Positions 11,598-21,791 of a stretch of DNA of 64,000 nt are shown piece by piece (within the stretch, counting starts at the first letter, position 1; every line of letters starts with the position of its first letter). The stretch comes from a plasmid: the sequence record NZ_CP104589.1. One strand, 5' to 3'. The notes under the pieces were generated by a model. The model did not search any database. It was not told the DNA's origin and worked only from the letters and a program-made list of their open reading frames with translations. Made by a program: the position numbers and the translations under genes.

Positions 11598-12398
11598 ATG
11601 AAAACATTTGCCGCATATGTAATTACTGCGTGTCTTTCAAGTACGGCATTAGCTAGTTCAATTACAGAAAATACGTTTTGGAACAAAGAGTTCTCTGCCG
11701 AAGCCGTCAATGGTGTTTTCGTGCTTTGTAAAAGTAGCAGTAAATCCTGCGCTACCAATAACTTAGCTCGTGCATCAAAGGAATATCTTCCAGCATCAAC
11801 ATTTAAGATCCCCAACGCAATTATCGGCCTAGAAACTGGTGTCATAAAGAATGAGCATCAGGTTTTCAAATGGGACGGAAAGCCAAGAGCCATGAAACAA
11901 TGGGAAAGAGACTTGAGCTTAAGAGGGGCAATACAAGTTTCAGCGGTTCCCGTATTTCAACAAATCGCCAGAGAAGTTGGCGAAGTAAGAATGCAGAAAT
12001 ATCTTAAAAAATTTTCATATGGTAACCAGAATATCAGTGGTGGCATTGACAAATTCTGGTTGGAGGGTCAGCTTAGAATTTCCGCAGTTAATCAAGTGGA
12101 GTTTCTAGAGTCTCTATTTTTAAATAAATTGTCAGCATCAAAAGAAAATCAGCTAATAGTAAAAGAGGCTTTGGTAACGGAGGCTGCGCCTGAATATCTT
12201 GTGCATTCAAAAACTGGTTTTTCTGGTGTGGGAACTGAGTCAAATCCTGGTGTCGCATGGTGGGTTGGTTGGGTTGAGAAGGGAACAGAGGTTTACTTTT
12301 TCGCCTTTAACATGGATATAGACAACGAAAATAAGTTGCCGCTAAGAAAATCCATTCCCACCAAAATCATGGCAAGTGAGGGCATCATTGGTGGCTAA
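11598..12398 (+). CDS. blaOXA: OXA-10-family class D beta-lactamase (266 aa)
   Basis: [51 protein letters not shown]...STFKIPN...; a variant relative to OXA-10 as recalled. Confidence 0.93.
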   Translation: MKTFAAYVITACLSSTALASSITENTFWNKEFSAEAVNGVFVLCKSSSKSCATNNLARASKEYLPASTFKIPNAIIGLETGVIKNEHQVFKWDGKPRAMKQWERDLSLRGAIQVSAVPVFQQIAREVGEVRMQKYLKKFSYGNQNISGGIDKFWLEGQLRISAVNQVEFLESLFLNKLSASKENQLIVKEALVTEAAPEYLVHSKTGFSGVGTESNPGVAWWVGWVEKGTEVYFFAFNMDIDNENKLPLRKSIPTKIMASEGIIGG

Positions 12399-12452
12399 CA
12401 ATTCGCTGCAGGCGCGACGGCCCTGACGGGCCGCGGCCTGAGCTCAAACGTT
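12399..12452. other. attC of the blaOXA cassette
   Basis: TAACAATTCG...GTTAAAC followed by the canonical aadA1 cassette start CATCATGAGGGAAGC. Confidence 0.4.
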
Positions 12453-12459
12453 AAACATC

Positions 12460-13251
12460 ATGAGGGAAGCGGTGATCGCCGAAGTATCGACTCAACTATC
12501 AGAGGTAGTTGGCGTCATCGAGCGCCATCTCGAACCGACGTTGCTGGCCGTACATTTGTACGGCTCCGCAGTGGATGGCGGCCTGAAGCCACACAGTGAT
12601 ATTGATTTGCTGGTTACGGTGACCGTAAGGCTTGATGAAACAACGCGGCGAGCTTTGATCAACGACCTTTTGGAAACTTCGGCTTCCCCTGGAGAGAGCG
12701 AGATTCTCCGCGCTGTAGAAGTCACCATTGTTGTGCACGACGACATCATTCCGTGGCGTTATCCAGCTAAGCGCGAACTGCAATTTGGAGAATGGCAGCG
12801 CAATGACATTCTTGCAGGTATCTTCGAGCCAGCCACGATCGACATTGATCTGGCTATCTTGCTGACAAAAGCAAGAGAACATAGCGTTGCCTTGGTAGGT
12901 CCAGCGGCGGAGGAACTCTTTGATCCGGTTCCTGAACAGGATCTATTTGAGGCGCTAAATGAAACCTTAACGCTATGGAACTCGCCGCCCGACTGGGCTG
13001 GCGATGAGCGAAATGTAGTGCTTACGTTGTCCCGCATTTGGTACAGCGCAGTAACCGGCAAAATCGCGCCGAAGGATGTCGCTGCCGACTGGGCAATGGA
13101 GCGCCTGCCGGCCCAGTATCAGCCCGTCATACTTGAAGCTAGACAGGCTTATCTTGGACAAGAAGAAGATCGCTTGGCCTCCCGCGCAGATCAGTTGGAA
13201 GAATTTGTTCACTACGTGAAAGGCGAGATCACCAAGGTAGTCGGCAAATAA
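12460..13251 (+). CDS. aadA1: aminoglycoside 3''-adenylyltransferase AadA1
   Basis: MREAVIAEVSTQLSEVVGVIERHLEPTLLAVHLYGSAVDGGLKPHSDIDLLVTV... matches AadA1 over its full length. Confidence 0.95.
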   Translation: MREAVIAEVSTQLSEVVGVIERHLEPTLLAVHLYGSAVDGGLKPHSDIDLLVTVTVRLDETTRRALINDLLETSASPGESEILRAVEVTIVVHDDIIPWRYPAKRELQFGEWQRNDILAGIFEPATIDIDLAILLTKAREHSVALVGPAAEELFDPVPEQDLFEALNETLTLWNSPPDWAGDERNVVLTLSRIWYSAVTGKIAPKDVAADWAMERLPAQYQPVILEARQAYLGQEEDRLASRADQLEEFVHYVKGEITKVVGK

Positions 13252-13379
13252 TGTCTAAAACAAAGTTAGATGCCAGATTTGGCGTTGCGTATGCTCACAG
13301 AAAATCGACAGCCGCAAGACTGTTTTTGGCAACTCATAGCCACCACTATTTCTCCTTCATACCGTAGAGGAGATTGCAC

Positions 13380-13712
13380 GTGAAGAACTGGCTCTTTCTG
13401 GCTATTGCAATATTTGGTGAGGTCGTCGCAACTTCCGCACTGAAGTCCAGCCATGGATTCACCAAGTTAGTTCCTTCTGTTGTAGTTGTGGCTGGCTACG
13501 GGCTTGCGTTCTATTTCCTCTCTCTCGCACTCAAGTCCATCCCGGTCGGCATTGCTTATGCTGTTTGGGCTGGCCTCGGCATCGTACTTGTGGCAGCTAT
13601 CGCTTGGATCTTCCATGGCCAGAAACTAGACTTGTGGGCGTTCGTTGGCATGGGACTTATCGTTAGTGGCGTCGCCGTTCTAAATCTGCTATCCAAGGTC
13701 AGCGCACATTGA
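13380..13712 (+). CDS. qacF: QacF/QacH-type SMR quaternary-ammonium efflux protein (GTG start, 110 aa)
   Basis: [33 protein letters not shown]...[10 protein letters not shown] matches QacF/H; GAGGAG RBS 7 nt upstream; IS26 begins 6 bp after the stop. Confidence 0.85.
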   Translation: MKNWLFLAIAIFGEVVATSALKSSHGFTKLVPSVVVVAGYGLAFYFLSLALKSIPVGIAYAVWAGLGIVLVAAIAWIFHGQKLDLWAFVGMGLIVSGVAVLNLLSKVSAH

Positions 13713-13718
13713 TCGGGC

Positions 13719-14538
13719 GGCACTGTTGCAAATAGTCGGTGGTGATAAACTTATCATCCCCTTTTGCTGATGGAGCTGCACATGAACCCATTCAAAGGCC
13801 GGCATTTTCAGCGTGACATCATTCTGTGGGCCGTACGCTGGTACTGCAAATACGGCATCAGTTACCGTGAGCTGCAGGAGATGCTGGCTGAACGCGGAGT
13901 GAATGTCGATCACTCCACGATTTACCGCTGGGTTCAGCGTTATGCGCCTGAAATGGAAAAACGGCTGCGCTGGTACTGGCGTAACCCTTCCGATCTTTGC
14001 CCGTGGCACATGGATGAAACCTACGTGAAGGTCAATGGCCGCTGGGCGTATCTGTACCGGGCCGTCGACAGCCGGGGCCGCACTGTCGATTTTTATCTCT
14101 CCTCCCGTCGTAACAGCAAAGCTGCATACCGGTTTCTGGGTAAAATCCTCAACAACGTGAAGAAGTGGCAGATCCCGCGATTCATCAACACGGATAAAGC
14201 GCCCGCCTATGGTCGCGCGCTTGCTCTGCTCAAACGCGAAGGCCGGTGCCCGTCTGACGTTGAACACCGACAGATTAAGTACCGGAACAACGTGATTGAA
14301 TGCGATCATGGCAAACTGAAACGGATAATCGGCGCCACGCTGGGATTTAAATCCATGAAGACGGCTTACGCCACCATCAAAGGTATTGAGGTGATGCGTG
14401 CACTACGCAAAGGCCAGGCCTCAGCATTTTATTATGGTGATCCCCTGGGCGAAATGCGCCTGGTAAGCAGAGTTTTTGAAATGTAAGGCCTTTGAATAAG
14501 ACAAAAGGCTGCCTCATCGCTAACTTTGCAACAGTGCC
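13719..14538 (+). mobile_element. IS26 (820 bp) with 14-bp IRs GGCACTGTTGCAAA
   Basis: exact IS26 left-end and right-end sequences; length 820 bp. Confidence 0.93.
13782..14486 (+). CDS. tnp26: IS26 transposase Tnp26 (IS6 family, 234 aa)
   Basis: MNPFKGRHFQRDIILWAVRWYCKYGISYRELQEMLAERGVNVDHSTIYRWVQRYAPE... Confidence 0.93.
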   Translation: MNPFKGRHFQRDIILWAVRWYCKYGISYRELQEMLAERGVNVDHSTIYRWVQRYAPEMEKRLRWYWRNPSDLCPWHMDETYVKVNGRWAYLYRAVDSRGRTVDFYLSSRRNSKAAYRFLGKILNNVKKWQIPRFINTDKAPAYGRALALLKREGRCPSDVEHRQIKYRNNVIECDHGKLKRIIGATLGFKSMKTAYATIKGIEVMRALRKGQASAFYYGDPLGEMRLVSRVFEM

Positions 14539-14725
14539 GCTTTGCAAGGGCAAAGCCCGCGTGACCATCGACACGGCGTTGATTCTCGGTAAGGCCTTTG
14601 GCACAGGCCCCGATTACTGGCTGGAGCTGCAACAAGCGGTTGATATTTGGGACGCGCTGCACAGCGAAAAACGAAAGGAACGGCTCGAAAGCATCGTGCC
14701 GTTGATGAAAATGGTAGCAGCATAA
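14539..14725 (+). pseudogene. 3' fragment of an XRE/HigA-family antitoxin gene truncated by IS26
   Basis: ...ALILGKAFGTGPDYWLELQQAVDIWDAL... is the typical HigA C-terminal helix pattern; the N-terminal part is replaced by IS26. Confidence 0.55.
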
Positions 14726-14909
14726 AAAGCGAAGCCCCGATGCTTTCCAACTTGGCGGGCGGAAAAGCGATCAGGGCTACATCACAGTGTGGGCGGTTTC
14801 GTTAGCAACTTGGCGGGAGCTAACGAGGTGGCCGATTGCCTAGCGGGGCATGGGGCACACGTGTCTATTATAGCGCGGGTGCCCCTCTAATCAAGTAGTA
14901 GGGGTTACA

Positions 14910-15629
14910 GTGGCACAACAACAAGCGGCACAACTGGCGCTATTCGACCAGACACAAGAGGCCAACACGTATCACGACGCCGGCCGGCGCGGGTTCTTCT
15001 CGCTGCTCACCAGCAAGGACAACGGCGACAAGCGGCAGTCCTCCCACCCTCTCAGCGAAATGGCTACCGTCCTGGGCATGGTGGACTCGACCCGTGACAC
15101 CTGGCTGTCACAAGCCGAGTTCTTCCGCCCTAATCGCCGCGTGGTCAATCTGCTACGTATTGGGCTGATGTTCGTGGACCTCGATACCTACCGGGTGCCC
15201 TGGGCGACAGGGCGAACGCCAGAGGAACAAGCAGCCGGCGTTATCTACTTCTGTCAAGCCGAAGGCCTGCCCCTGCCTTCGCTGATGATCTATTCCGGCC
15301 GAGGCCTGCAACTGAAATGGTTGCTCGATGCGCCAATCCCTCGCCAGGCCCTGCCCCGCTGGAACGCCTGCCAACGCCACCTGGTAGACAAGCTGGCCGA
15401 GCTGGGCGCCGATCCTGCCGCCAAGGATGCCAGCCGCGTGTTGCGCCTGGTCGATACGGTCAACACCAAGAGCGGGAACATCTGCCGCGTGGTCCACGTC
15501 CAGGAGGAAGCCGGCGAACCCGCCCGCTACAACTTCGAGTATCTTTGCGAAATGCTGCTGCCCGTGGCTCGCTGGGACATTGAAGCGCAACAAAAGCGCC
15601 GGCGCGACCGACAACTAACCCTGATACCT
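14910..15629 (+). pseudogene. hypothetical protein gene interrupted by the Tn5563-like transposon; a possible 3' remainder lies at 21885-21986
   Basis: 278-aa ORF whose last codons are encoded by the transposon IR; the third frame after the right IR continues for about 34 codons. Confidence 0.5.
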
Positions 15630-15669
15630 GGGGTTTGGGGAGCAATGGAACCAAAAACCAACGTAAGCC

Positions 15670-16602
15670 CTACCAACGCTTTTCGGTGTCTTCTTCCCAG
15701 GCGCCCATCTCGACAAAACAGTTGCGCATGTCGGCCTCCTGGCTGATCTCGGTCAGCAGGTCATGCACGCTCTTGTCCAGCTCATCGTCGCTCCGATACG
15801 GAATGGTCAACTCATAGTGGCCGGCATCCAGCCGCTTCATGCCATAGGGCTCCAGGCAGTAGCGCTCAATGTTCTCCGTGGCCCGCTTCCGGCCGCGCAC
15901 GAACTTGCTGTTATTCACCACCGCGAGGCGCAGGGTGACGGTGGCCACCCGCTCGGCGGCGGGCGGCTCTGCCGGCGACGCGGCCGAAGGCTGCTGGTCG
16001 CGTGACCTGGCGCTCTTCTGGTACGCGCCGATCTCGACACCACGGTGGCGCAGGTAGCTGTACAGCGTGCTCTTGGAGATGTGCAGCTTCTCGCCGATCG
16101 CGCTGACGCTCAGGCGACCTTCGCGGTAGAGGGTTTCGGCCGCCATGGCGGTGGCCTCAGCCTTGGCTGGCAGGCCCTTGGGACGGCCACCGATCCGGCC
16201 ACGCGCCCGTGCGGCCGACAGACCCGCCTGAGTCCGCTCGCGGATCAGCTCGCGCTCGAACTCCGCCAGCGAGGCGAACAGGTTGAACACCAGGCGGCCT
16301 TGGGCGTGGGTGGTGTCGATGGGGTCATTCAGGCTCTGTAAGCCGACCTTGCGCTCTGCCAGCTCGCCGACCAACTCGACCAGGTGCTTGAGGGAACGCC
16401 CAAGGCGATCCAGCTTCCAGATCACCACGGCATCACCCGGCCGCACGTTGGCCAGCAGTTTGTCCAACTCCGGCCGGGCGCTTTTCGCGCCGCTGGCGAT
16501 GTCTTGGTAGATGCGTTCGCACCCGGCCTGTTTCAGGGCATCGACTTGTAGGTCGGCTTTCTGATCCCGAGTGCTCACTCGCGCATAACCGATCTTCATC
16601 AA
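15670..16602 (-). CDS. tnpR: serine resolvase with long C-terminal extension (310 aa; ISXc5/Tn5044-type long TnpR)
   Basis: MMKIGYARVSTRDQKADLQVDALKQAGCERIYQD... resolvase N-terminal domain plus HTH, followed by a 120-aa extension. Confidence 0.85.
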   Translation of the reverse strand: MMKIGYARVSTRDQKADLQVDALKQAGCERIYQDIASGAKSARPELDKLLANVRPGDAVVIWKLDRLGRSLKHLVELVGELAERKVGLQSLNDPIDTTHAQGRLVFNLFASLAEFERELIRERTQAGLSAARARGRIGGRPKGLPAKAEATAMAAETLYREGRLSVSAIGEKLHISKSTLYSYLRHRGVEIGAYQKSARSRDQQPSAASPAEPPAAERVATVTLRLAVVNNSKFVRGRKRATENIERYCLEPYGMKRLDAGHYELTIPYRSDDELDKSVHDLLTEISQEADMRNCFVEMGAWEEDTEKRW

Positions 16603-16800
16603 AAGTACTGTTTACTCGACTACGTTAGTAATAGTTGAACTTTGATTAAGCGTACCAGTTATTTGAACCGTAGCGCGGGGAGCTTAACGAACCGAGCCAT
16701 TCCTCGATAGAGTTCGGCAAAACCTTCGTTTTGTCGAACCATTGCATCGCCCTTTGTGATTGGCGTATAAACACACAAACACCTATTAGCGGAGAACGCT

Positions 16801-17040
16801 ATGAATACCATTCGCTGGAATGTCGCCGTCTCGGCCGACACCGACCAGTCGCTTCGGATGTTTCTGGCCAGCCAGGGCGGCGGCCGTAAGGGCGACCTGT
16901 CGCGCTTCATCGAAGAAGCGGTACGGGCACACATCCTGGAGCTGAGCGCTGAGCAGGCCAAGGCCGCTAACGCCCATCTGAGTGAGGCAGAATTGACCAA
17001 CGCGGTTGACGAAGCGCTCGACTGGGCACGTAAGCGCTGA
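16801..17040 (+). CDS. putative ribbon-helix-helix antitoxin (79 aa)
   Basis: small ORF directly upstream of and overlapping (ATGA) the PIN gene; lies between res/tnpR and tnpA as in Tn3-family toxin-antitoxin modules. Confidence 0.6.
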   Translation: MNTIRWNVAVSADTDQSLRMFLASQGGGRKGDLSRFIEEAVRAHILELSAEQAKAANAHLSEAELTNAVDEALDWARKR

Positions 17041-17450
17041 TGCGGGTCGTGTTGGATACCAACATCCTGTTCAGCGCCCTGATCTCGCCACATGGCGCGC
17101 CCGATGCGATCTACCGTGCCTGGCGGGCGGCGCGTTTCGAGGTGGTGACCTCGCGGATGCAACTCGATGAAATTCGTCGAGCCAGCCGCTATCCCAAGCT
17201 TCAGGCCATCCTACAGCCCGCCAAGGTGGGCGCCATGATCAATAACCTGCAACGGGCTGTGGTACTGGAGCGCCTGACCATCGAGGTCGAAGCCGATGAT
17301 CCGGATGACTCGTTTTTGCTGGCCATGGCCTTGGCGGGCGATGCGGACTACCTGGTAACCGGTGATCGCCGCGCCGGCCTGCTGCAACGCGGGCACATCG
17401 AACGCACGCGGATCGTCACGCCCGCCGTGTTCTGCGTCGAGGTGCTGTGA
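17040..17450 (+). CDS. PIN-domain toxin (VapC-like, 136 aa)
   Basis: MRVVLDTNILFSAL...EVVTSRMQLDEIRRA...LVTGD: the acidic PIN residues are present. Confidence 0.75.
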   Translation: MRVVLDTNILFSALISPHGAPDAIYRAWRAARFEVVTSRMQLDEIRRASRYPKLQAILQPAKVGAMINNLQRAVVLERLTIEVEADDPDDSFLLAMALAGDADYLVTGDRRAGLLQRGHIERTRIVTPAVFCVEVL

Positions 17451-17453
17451 TCA

Positions 17454-20447
17454 ATGCCGGTCGGTTTTCTGACTCAAGAGCAACGCGACGGTTTTGGCCG
17501 CTATGTTGATTCGCCCAGCCGTGAAGAGCTGGAACGTTACTTCCACCTGAGCGATGAAGACCGTGAAGCCATCCAGGTGCTGCGGGGTAACCATAACCGT
17601 CTGGGTTATGCCGTTCTGCTGACCACCGTCCGCTTCGTTGGCGTTCTGCCGGACAAGCCCGCCGCCGTGCCGGTGGAAGTCCTGCAGGTGCTTTGCCGAC
17701 AACTGGCGATTCCAGACCCCGACTGCCTCCAGCGCTATAGCGATCATCGCCGCTGGATACATGCCACCGATATTCAGAACCGCTTTGGCTATCGTCATTT
17801 CACCGATCCGGGCATCGGCTTTCGCTTGAGCCGCTGGCTGTATGCCCTCTGCTGGACGGGCACCGACCGGCCGGGAGTGCTGTTTGAGCGAGCCACCTCG
17901 TGGCTGTTCACACAGAAAGTCCTCCTGCCTGGTGTGTCTCAACTAGAGCGCTTTATCGCCCAGTTGCGCAGTCGGGTCGAAGAACGCCTCTGGTTTACGC
18001 TGGGCCGCAGCGTGACTGAGGAACAGCGATTGCAACTGCAAGACTTGCTGACGGTGGCCGAAGGCAACCGCAGCTCCCGGCTGGATCAATTGCGCTCCGG
18101 CCCGGTCATGGTCAGTGGCCCCGCGTTGATTCGGGCACTGCGCCGGCTCGATGACGTGCGCGGCATCGGCATCACCTTGCCGGCGGCGGCGCACATCCCT
18201 CCCAGCCGTATCGCCGCCCTGGCCCGCTTCGCCAACACGGCCAAGGTCACCGCGATTAATCGGCTGCCGGCGTCGCGGCGGATGGCGACACTGGTGGCCT
18301 TCGCACTCTGCCTGGAGGCGACTGCGCACGACGACGCACTGGAAGTCCTGGAGGCCTTGCTGCGCGACCTGTTCAGCAACGCGGAGAAGGCCGACAAGAA
18401 AGCCCGCATGCGCAGCCTGAAAGACCTGGATCGGTCGGCCGCGACGCTCGCCGCCGCGTGCAAGGTCGTGCTGGACAGCTCGATCAGCGATGACAACGTG
18501 CGCGCCCGGCTGTTCAACGACCTGCCGAGGACCACCCTGGAAAAGGCCCTGGAAGAGGTCAACGCGCTGATCCGCCCGGTAGATGACGTCTATTTTCTTG
18601 CATTGGAAGCGCGCTACCGCAGCGTGCGCCGCTTCCTGCCCGACCTGCTCAAGCACATCCGCTTCGGCTTCAGCCCGGCCGGCAAGGGCGTGGCGGCTAG
18701 TCTGGAGTGGCTGCAACTGAACCTGCCGCGCCGGAAGCCAGAGGATGACGCGCCGCAGGAGATCGTGGCCAAGGCTTGGCAGAAGCACATCACCCGCGAA
18801 GATGGCTCCCTCGACATGGGTGCCTATGTGTTCTGCACGCTCGATGCGCTGCGCACGGCCCTGCGCCGCCGCGATGTCTTCGTCTCGCCCAGTTGGCGCT
18901 ATGCCGACCCGCGCCTTGGCCTGCTCGACGGTGCCGAATGGCTGGCGGCGCGACCGATCATCTGCCGGTCACTGGGCCTGACCATCGACGCCAAAACCAC
19001 CCTGGACGCCTTGTCCGTCGAGCTGGATGCAACCTGGCTGGCAGTAGCCGCGCGCCTGCCCGACAACCCGGCGATTCAACTGAGCGAGAACACCGAGGGC
19101 AAGACCGAACTGTCGCTCGGGGCGCTGGACAAGCTGGACGAGCCCTGCTCGTTGCTGCAACTGCGGGCGGCCGTGTCTGACCTGATGCCGCGTGTCGATC
19201 TGCCGGAAATCCTCTTGGAAATCGCCGCCCGCACTGGCTTTTCCGAGGCCTTCACCCATGTCTCCGAACGCAATGCACGCGCCGACAACCTGGTCACCAG
19301 CCTCTGCGCGGTGCTGTTGGGCGGGGCCTGCAACACCGGCCTGGAGCCCTTGATCCGCACCGACAACCCGGCGCTGCGCCGTGACCGGCTGTCCTGGGTC
19401 AGCCAGAATTATATCCGCGACGACACCCTGTCAGCGGCTAACGCCATCCTGGTCGGAGCGCAAAGCCAACTGGAACTGGCCCAAGTCTGGGGTGGCGGCG
19501 AGGTCGCCTCCGCCGATGGCATGCGCTTCGTCGTACCGGTGCGCACCGTGCATGCCGGCCCCAATCCGAAGTATTTCGGCACCGGCCGGGGTGTCACCTG
19601 GTACAACCTGATTTCCGACCAATTCTCCGGCCTCAACGCCATCACCGTGCCCGGCACGCTGCGCGACAGCCTGGTGTTGCTGGCGGTCGTGCTGGAACAG
19701 CAGACCGAGTTGCAGCCGACGCAAATCATGACCGACACCGGGGCCTACAGCGATGTGGTGTTCGGGCTCTTCCGCCTACTTGGCTACCACTTCAGTCCGC
19801 GGCTGGCCGATGTCGGCGGTACCCGCTTCTGGCGCACGCGCCCGGACGCGGACTACGGCAAGCTCAACGGGCTGGCCCGCCAGTCGGTCAAACTCGACCT
19901 GATCGCCGAGCACTGGGACGACCTGCTGCGCCTGGCCGGCTCGCTCAAACTCGGCCGGGTGCCGGCGACTGGCATCATGCGCACGCTGCAAACGGGAGAT
20001 AGACCCACCCGGCTGGCCCAGGCGCTGGCCGAATTCGGGCGGATCGAAAAGACTCTGCACACGTTGACCTATATCGACGACGAGTCCAAGCGCCGCGCCA
20101 CCCTGACCCAGTTGAACCGAGGCGAAGGCCGGCACAGCCTGGCCCGCGCCGTGTTCCACGGCAAACGCGGCGAGCTCCGCCAGCGCTACCGCGAAGGCCA
20201 GGAAGACCAGCTCGGTGCTCTGGGCCTGGTGGTGAACATCATCGTGCTGTGGAACACCCTCTACATGACGGCGGCCGTGGAACGGCTCAAGCAGCACGGC
20301 TATCCAGTGCTGGAAGAGGATTTGGCCCGGCTATCGCCGCTGATCTACGAGCACATCAACATGCTCGGGCGGTATTCCTTTGCGGTACCGGAAGAAGTTG
20401 CGCGCGGCGAGCTGCGGCCACTGCGTAATCCAGACGACGACCTGTGA
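17454..20447 (+). CDS. tnpA: Tn3-family transposase TnpA (997 aa)
   Basis: Tn3-family DDE transposase architecture; shares blocks with the Tn21 TnpA in this window. Confidence 0.93.
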   Translation: MPVGFLTQEQRDGFGRYVDSPSREELERYFHLSDEDREAIQVLRGNHNRLGYAVLLTTVRFVGVLPDKPAAVPVEVLQVLCRQLAIPDPDCLQRYSDHRRWIHATDIQNRFGYRHFTDPGIGFRLSRWLYALCWTGTDRPGVLFERATSWLFTQKVLLPGVSQLERFIAQLRSRVEERLWFTLGRSVTEEQRLQLQDLLTVAEGNRSSRLDQLRSGPVMVSGPALIRALRRLDDVRGIGITLPAAAHIPPSRIAALARFANTAKVTAINRLPASRRMATLVAFALCLEATAHDDALEVLEALLRDLFSNAEKADKKARMRSLKDLDRSAATLAAACKVVLDSSISDDNVRARLFNDLPRTTLEKALEEVNALIRPVDDVYFLALEARYRSVRRFLPDLLKHIRFGFSPAGKGVAASLEWLQLNLPRRKPEDDAPQEIVAKAWQKHITREDGSLDMGAYVFCTLDALRTALRRRDVFVSPSWRYADPRLGLLDGAEWLAARPIICRSLGLTIDAKTTLDALSVELDATWLAVAARLPDNPAIQLSENTEGKTELSLGALDKLDEPCSLLQLRAAVSDLMPRVDLPEILLEIAARTGFSEAFTHVSERNARADNLVTSLCAVLLGGACNTGLEPLIRTDNPALRRDRLSWVSQNYIRDDTLSAANAILVGAQSQLELAQVWGGGEVASADGMRFVVPVRTVHAGPNPKYFGTGRGVTWYNLISDQFSGLNAITVPGTLRDSLVLLAVVLEQQTELQPTQIMTDTGAYSDVVFGLFRLLGYHFSPRLADVGGTRFWRTRPDADYGKLNGLARQSVKLDLIAEHWDDLLRLAGSLKLGRVPATGIMRTLQTGDRPTRLAQALAEFGRIEKTLHTLTYIDDESKRRATLTQLNRGEGRHSLARAVFHGKRGELRQRYREGQEDQLGALGLVVNIIVLWNTLYMTAAVERLKQHGYPVLEEDLARLSPLIYEHINMLGRYSFAVPEEVARGELRPLRNPDDDL

Positions 20448-20459
20448 TCCCCCTAAACG

Positions 20460-20672
20460 CTATGAGCAACACCCAAGCTGCTGCTGGATCGGCGGGCACT
20501 TCACCGAGCCGAACGAACAGAAAACGCAGCAATCCCCTGGGTTGGGGCGCAGCAGCGCCTTGCAGTTGCTGCACTCGTAATAGAACTGGCAGGCGTCCGT
20601 GGGCATGGTTTCCGGCTTGGCGAAGCCGCAGCGCGGGCAAGTCAGCACGGACTCAAGGACAATGGCGCTCAT
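20460..20672 (-). CDS. Cys-rich GDCC-motif putative metal-binding protein (70 aa)
   Basis: CPRCG...CSNC...GDCCVFCS; small proteins of this kind are found in mer loci. Confidence 0.55.
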   Translation of the reverse strand: MSAIVLESVLTCPRCGFAKPETMPTDACQFYYECSNCKALLRPNPGDCCVFCSFGSVKCPPIQQQLGCCS

Positions 20673-20679
20673 CGTGACC

Positions 20680-20955
20680 TCACTTCTGCACTGTGGAGGG
20701 GTATCCCGCGTTCGCGGTCGCCTCAGTCAGTGCCTCGGGCTGGGCCTTATCGGGATCGTAGGTGACGGTCGCCGTCTTCTGGTCGAAATTGACCTGGACG
20801 TCACTCACGCCGGACACCTTCTCCAGCGACTTCTTGACCGTGATCGGACAGAGTCCGCACGTCATGTTCTGCACGTCGAGCGTGACGGTTTTCGGGGGAG
20901 CCGCCAGCGCCACGAAGGGCAAGGCGAAAAGCACGGCGATCAGCAGTTTGCGCAT
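20680..20955 (-). CDS. merP: periplasmic mercury-binding protein MerP
   Basis: signal peptide plus the GMTCxxC-type motif (QNMTCGLCPITVKKSLEKV). Confidence 0.85.
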   Translation of the reverse strand: MRKLLIAVLFALPFVALAAPPKTVTLDVQNMTCGLCPITVKKSLEKVSGVSDVQVNFDQKTATVTYDPDKAQPEALTEATANAGYPSTVQK

Positions 20956-20967
20956 GGTTAATCTCCT

Positions 20968-21324
20968 TCAGTAGAACAGCGGGGCGAGCCACGGCACGGC
21001 CAATAGGCCGAGCAGCAGCACGCTGACGATCCAGAACACGAGTCGCTGTCGCACGAGCGTGCGCGGATCGGCGCAGGGTGTACCTGGCGTACAAACCTGT
21101 GGCACCAGGTAGAGCTTGCGGAATGCCAATCCCAGGAACAGTAGAGTCAACCCGATTAAGAGGGGGCGTAGTGGCTCCATCATGGTCAGAGCGCCCACCC
21201 ACGTACCGCCGACACCGAGTGCCAACAGCACCAGTGGCCCGACACAGCACACCGACGCACCGATGGCGGTCAGCGAACTCGCGACCAGCGAGCCTTTCCC
21301 GGTGAGTTGCATCCCCATTCCCAT
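20968..21324 (-). CDS. merT: mercuric ion transporter MerT
   Basis: CCVGPLVLLALG first helix Cys pair plus a second Cys pair; typical MerT topology. Confidence 0.85.
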   Translation of the reverse strand: MGMGMQLTGKGSLVASSLTAIGASVCCVGPLVLLALGVGGTWVGALTMMEPLRPLLIGLTLLFLGLAFRKLYLVPQVCTPGTPCADPRTLVRQRLVFWIVSVLLLGLLAVPWLAPLFY

Positions 21325-21362
21325 CTCCTGAGCCTGATTGCCTAGGTGCTATTCTAAACTCC

Positions 21363-21381
21363 GTACCAAAGTACGGAATCA
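21363..21381. promoter_or_regulatory. MerR operator dyad (CCGTAC-N4-GTACGG) in the merR/merT divergent promoter
   Basis: CTCCGTACCAAAGTACGGAA between merT and merR. Confidence 0.5.
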
Positions 21382-21389
21382 AGGAGAAA

Positions 21390-21791
21390 GTGATGGCCAC
21401 AGAGCTGACCATTGGCAAGCTGGCAGACGCCGCCGGGGTGAACGTCGAGACGATCCGCTACTACCAGCGACGCGGGCTGCTGGATGAACCAGCCAAACCC
21501 TTGGGTGGCCATCGGCGCTATCCGGTGGACATGGTGAAGCGACTGCGTTTCATCAAGCGGGCTCAGGCGCTGGGTTTCACGCTCTCGGAAGTCGGTGGAC
21601 TGCTGACGCTGGATGAGTCGTGCGCCTGTGCCGAAACGCGAGCACGGGCTGCACGCAAGCTCGCGTTGATCGAGCAGAAGATGGCCGACTTGGTCGTCAT
21701 GCAGCAACTGTTAGGCGAACTGGTGCAGCAATGTGATGCGGGAGACGGCGGAACGATCTGCCCGATCATCGAGGCACTGATCAGAGAGTAA
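21390..21791 (+). CDS. merR: MerR-family metal-responsive regulator
   Basis: N-terminal HTH LTIGKLADAAGVNVETIRYYQRRGLL plus C-terminal Cys residues. Confidence 0.8.
   Translation: MMATELTIGKLADAAGVNVETIRYYQRRGLLDEPAKPLGGHRRYPVDMVKRLRFIKRAQALGFTLSEVGGLLTLDESCACAETRARAARKLALIEQKMADLVVMQQLLGELVQQCDAGDGGTICPIIEALIRE

Noticed and set aside
15630-15667. MEPKTNVSP peptide encoded by the transposon IR, also seen upstream of the Tn21-like tnpR
   Set aside because: Fortuitous ORF over the conserved IR sequence.
17943-20297. ORFs on the opposite strand within tnpA of the Tn5563-like element
   Set aside because: Antisense artefacts of a GC-rich gene.
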